The notes below the pieces were generated by a model. The model worked only from the letters and a program-made list of their open reading frames with translations. It had not been told where the DNA came from and did not search any database. A stretch of 63,496 nt of DNA, counting the filler, from Globobulimina sp. (taxonomy: Eukaryota): the NCBI GenBank assembly GCA_003354225.1. It is 40 parts of 40 records of this genome, joined end to end, with 100 filler letters (N's around TTAATTAATTAA, not from the genome) between each part and the next. Parts side by side here need not be neighbours in the genome. Positions count along the whole stretch, not along the records: positions 60,421 to 61,908 come from PIVH01015876.1; positions 62,009 to 63,496 come from PIVH01015877.1; 38 more parts are not named here. One strand, given 5' to 3'. Position numbers and translations under genes: made by a program. Below, piece after piece: positions 60,321-63,496 of this stretch (its first letter is position 1; every line of letters begins with the position of its first letter).

Positions 60321-60420
60321 NNNNNNNNNNNNNNNNNNNNNNNNNNNNNNNNNNNNNNNNNNNNTTAATTAATTAANNNNNNNNNNNNNNNNNNNNNNNN
60401 NNNNNNNNNNNNNNNNNNNN

Positions 60421-61908
60421 CTATTGCTTTGATTGATGAAAGTGGTTCTATAGTTGAAATATCTAAATCAAAATCTTTATCGGGTAACCTTACATCATTA
60501 GTTGGAACTAAATTAGCTGTGCTACCATTGCATAATCCGTATTGTTGGTACATTTGTTTTAAAGTAAATGCCTGATTTGTTAATATGGCGGCATTCCCAA
60601 GAGGTGTATAATAGTCATTGTTATGTAATTTCAAAACGCCGTTATTATTAAGATTGCCACCGTCCCAAATTTGCCCATTAGTCTCACAACTCGTATTACC
60701 ACGACATTGATAAATAATTATTTTATTTCCATAAATTGTATTTCCAGGACCGTTGGAATTAACTGCTCCAATTCCCCACGAACTATGGGTCGATTCTCCA
60801 TTATCGAATACAACGTTAATATTATTAATAAAATTAATATTAAATCCGCCATAATCATTCTTTTGTATATATTGAGTCGACGATTAATCGAATGAATATT
60901 GGGTCATAGCAAACAAAATCATACCTTATATGCCATGGCATCATAAAAGAAATTTGCTTCAATATTATGCCAAGCACTGCCATCATCAGTATCAAATGCT
61001 TGACTTCCTCCATAATTTGCAAACACAAAATTGGATGAAATATTATTGTATAAAGAATCGTATGACGGTGTTCCATGAGCAAGTTTTGTTAAATATGGAA
61101 CTCTGTTCCATGAACTATAAACAATTCGACATTTAACAATATCATTTACGACAAGATATAGAATTACAGGCACATAACTTAATAGGACCATGATCTCCCG
61201 ATTGAGTGCAAGTATTAAATATTAAGTTGGAAATAACCGCTGTTCCGCCACCAAATGCATCATTAAACAAAATAGCAGCTCTTGGTATATTATATACAAT
61301 ATTCGCATATAAATAATTCTGACACGATTTGCCTGAAAAGAACAAGGAAGATTGAAGTTGATACAGACCAATATCATGCACTATATTTTGAATTACATTG
61401 GTAAACCTTGGTTGTTGTCCATCCGTTCCATCATCATCTTGCGTTTTGCCCCATGCTCCAATCACATTATCACCAATCCATCCAAACTCATTGCGATAAA
61501 ATGTAGTATGCCGGTTATACCCATACAATGCGATGCAGTTTCCATCCAATCTCAGAAAGGAACTCGATGAAATTGAACAATTGCTGGTATTTTCAAAGTA
61601 AAACGCGCCGTATCTATACAATGCCCAATCTATAGTCCCGACACATTAAATCATATACAAACAAGCATTTAAATCAAACAATAGACACAAACCTCCGCCA
61701 GAAGGTGCAGCCCATTCTTTATCCAAATACGTAGAGCGTGTATCTCTAAACTCAATGTCCAAAAAGCTCACATTCAACAATGGATTATTAATACCATCAC
61801 CAGTCAAAGCAAACAAATGTGCCAGATTAGCAATCACCAAATCAACTTTTGTATCAACAGGAGACTGTCCAGCAACAGTATTATTCGGCCAATAATACAA
61901 AATCCGTT
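60421..61908 (-). CDS. Right-handed beta-helix (pectin-lyase-like) protein with several short introns, partial
   Basis: NIPRAAILFNDAFGGG, FNTCTQSGDHGPI|NSWNR, AFDTDDGS. Confidence 0.8.
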
Positions 61909-62008
61909 NNNNNNNNNNNNNNNNNNNNNNNNNNNNNNNNNNNNNNNNNNNNTTAATTAATTAANNNNNNNNNNNNNNNNNNNNNNNNNNNNNNNNNNNN
62001 NNNNNNNN

Positions 62009-62899
62009 GGCGAAGTAACACCGCTCACCCTGGGAAATTTTGACGATTTCCGGCAAGGATTAAACCTGGCACAGCGGTCAGATCAAACGGGCGCAACCAC
62101 CAATATCACCGGTCCAATTTTACGGGCATTAGATGAGGAAGCCGGTTTTATTGACAACGCCATAAAAGAACAGGGAATAACAGACGAAGGCGTTGTGAAC
62201 ACGTTGAAAGAAGCGCGCGCGCGCGTTCAACAGGTAAAAACGGAATTCAGCCCGGAATCGATCACGGGCAGGCTCATCAATAACAAGCGGGACGGGGTCA
62301 CGCCGGTTGTTGAAAGCTCCAAGGTTGTGGACGAACTTTTAAAACCAAACGTTGCAATCGAAAAGCTTGGCCGCACTTTAAAAATTCTCAACAGGTCGCC
62401 TGAAGGCAAGGAAGCCATCGGCGATATGCGGGCCACCGTCATTTTAAAAGCCCTTGAAGATTCCCTGGCAGCGGGCAGGAAGACGGACAACATTCAAACT
62501 ATATCGGGCCTGCAATTTTCAGAATCTCTTGAAAAATTCGGGGTAGATAAACTGAAATTACTTTTCAAGGGTGACAAGGAATCTTTACGCGGCATTAAGC
62601 AATTGAAGAGGATTGCAACAGAGATTGCACCGCCATCGCGCGCGGTGCCGGTTGGATCTTCCACCACCAATCTTGATATTGCGGAGAGTTTGGGACGTTT
62701 CGCACGTTTGCCGGGCGTGGGACCCATTGCACAGATTGCCAAGATGGGATTAACAGCAAACGCGGACGACAGAGTTGTGCGGGATGCGTTGAATTCAATG
62801 CCTGAAACATCACAGTTGTTTATTCGCGAAGCGGCCAAACAATATCCAAATATAGGGGCACGGTTGGGGCTTATTACAGGCACCAGAGAGAGGGAATAA
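62009..62899 (+). CDS. Phage internal virion/DNA-ejection-like protein, C-terminal part
   Basis: Intronless ~49% GC helical ORF, TAATG overlap with the next gene; assignment from gene order. Confidence 0.55.
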   Translation, partial: GEVTPLTLGNFDDFRQGLNLAQRSDQTGATTNITGPILRALDEEAGFIDNAIKEQGITDEGVVNTLKEARARVQQVKTEFSPESITGRLINNKRDGVTPVVESSKVVDELLKPNVAIEKLGRTLKILNRSPEGKEAIGDMRATVILKALEDSLAAGRKTDNIQTISGLQFSESLEKFGVDKLKLLFKGDKESLRGIKQLKRIATEIAPPSRAVPVGSSTTNLDIAESLGRFARLPGVGPIAQIAKMGLTANADDRVVRDALNSMPETSQLFIREAAKQYPNIGARLGLITGTRERE

Positions 62900-63496
62900 T
62901 GGCCAGATATATCAATCCGGTAACCCAGTATCAAGACACATCCGGCGCCCTGGTACCAAACGGACTTCTTAATTTTTATGAAGCTGGAACCGAGGGGGAT
63001 GGTAGCCGAAAATCAACCTTTGCAGATTCCGGCCTGACCATTGAAAACGCAAACCCTGTTGTTTTAAATGCCGACGGAACGGTTCCTAATATATTCTTTA
63101 ATGGTTTGGCGAATGTTATTTTCACAAATGCCGCAGAATCTCAAATTTGGCAGCGTGATAATGTTGGTGATACCAGTGTAAACGAAAGCATTGCTACATG
63201 GGCGTCCGATGTTACGTATTCCCTAAACTCAATAGTTGAAGGATCAGACGGCGCGTTTTATATCTCCATTCAGAACGACAACATCAACAATGACCCAACA
63301 ACAAGCCCCACATTCTGGTCACAAATTAAATTTGTTGGTGTTTGGAATATCAACCAGACCTATGCAATCGGGGATATAGCCCAGGGGAGTACAAATAAAC
63401 TTTTTATTTCATTGACGGCAAGCAATACCGGCAACAACCCTGTTGGCGATATTGTTAATTGGGGTCCGTCAACCTCACCAATTGGCACGGACGATA
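62899..63496 (+). CDS. Phage tailspike/tail-fibre protein N-terminus with CBM5/12-like repeats, 3' partial
   Basis: Manual translation MARYINPVTQYQDTSGALVPNGLLNFYEAGT...NANPVVLNADG; two W....TY..G..V.....Y.S....N....P....W repeats. Confidence 0.75.
   Translation, partial: MARYINPVTQYQDTSGALVPNGLLNFYEAGTEGDGSRKSTFADSGLTIENANPVVLNADGTVPNIFFNGLANVIFTNAAESQIWQRDNVGDTSVNESIATWASDVTYSLNSIVEGSDGAFYISIQNDNINNDPTTSPTFWSQIKFVGVWNINQTYAIGDIAQGSTNKLFISLTASNTGNNPVGDIVNWGPSTSPIGTDD

Noticed and set aside
1492-62008. Regularly spaced TTAATTAATTAA repeats resembling an array
   Set aside because: Artificial linkers inside N runs; not biological and not CRISPR
1-63496. Genome-wide stop-codon reassignment suggested by broken ORFs
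   Set aside because: Breaks are explained by GT-AG introns or frameshifts, and conserved genes end at TAA, TAG and TGA

Overview
This is not a continuous locus. It is 40 unrelated contigs of about 1.49 kb (1491 falling to 1488 bp, length-sorted) joined by artificial N44-TTAATTAATTAA-N44 linkers, so adjacency across linkers means nothing. Most contigs come from an AT-rich eukaryote with short GT-AG introns; the gene families (7TM-RGS, HLDISLEN kinases, ART-like proteins, Cys-rich secreted proteins) suggest a foraminiferan/rhizarian, which is an inference. A few contigs are bacterial, phage, or possibly animal. Recognisable genes: FAD synthetase, NELF-B, HSL-family lipase, MAP3K, SLC12, anoctamin, YbaK, Tim17, MYST acetyltransferase, mu-like GST, Cys-less pentameric ligand-gated channel. 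Mobile DNA: Penelope-like RT, Helitron RepHel, Merlin remnant, RNase H-bearing non-LTR elements, several MITEs. The most unusual signal is a dispersed family of tRNA-like cloverleaves (five full, one half) whose acceptor and T stems differ in sequence but stay paired while the anticodon arm is non-canonical. They co-occur with a TAGGG..TCCGATAAGTACTG terminal-inverted-repeat element and a bipartite AAAACCTCTGG(G/A)TCCA...AGTGCAAGGAT motif, which also punctuates a circular/tandem 1370-bp two-ORF unit.
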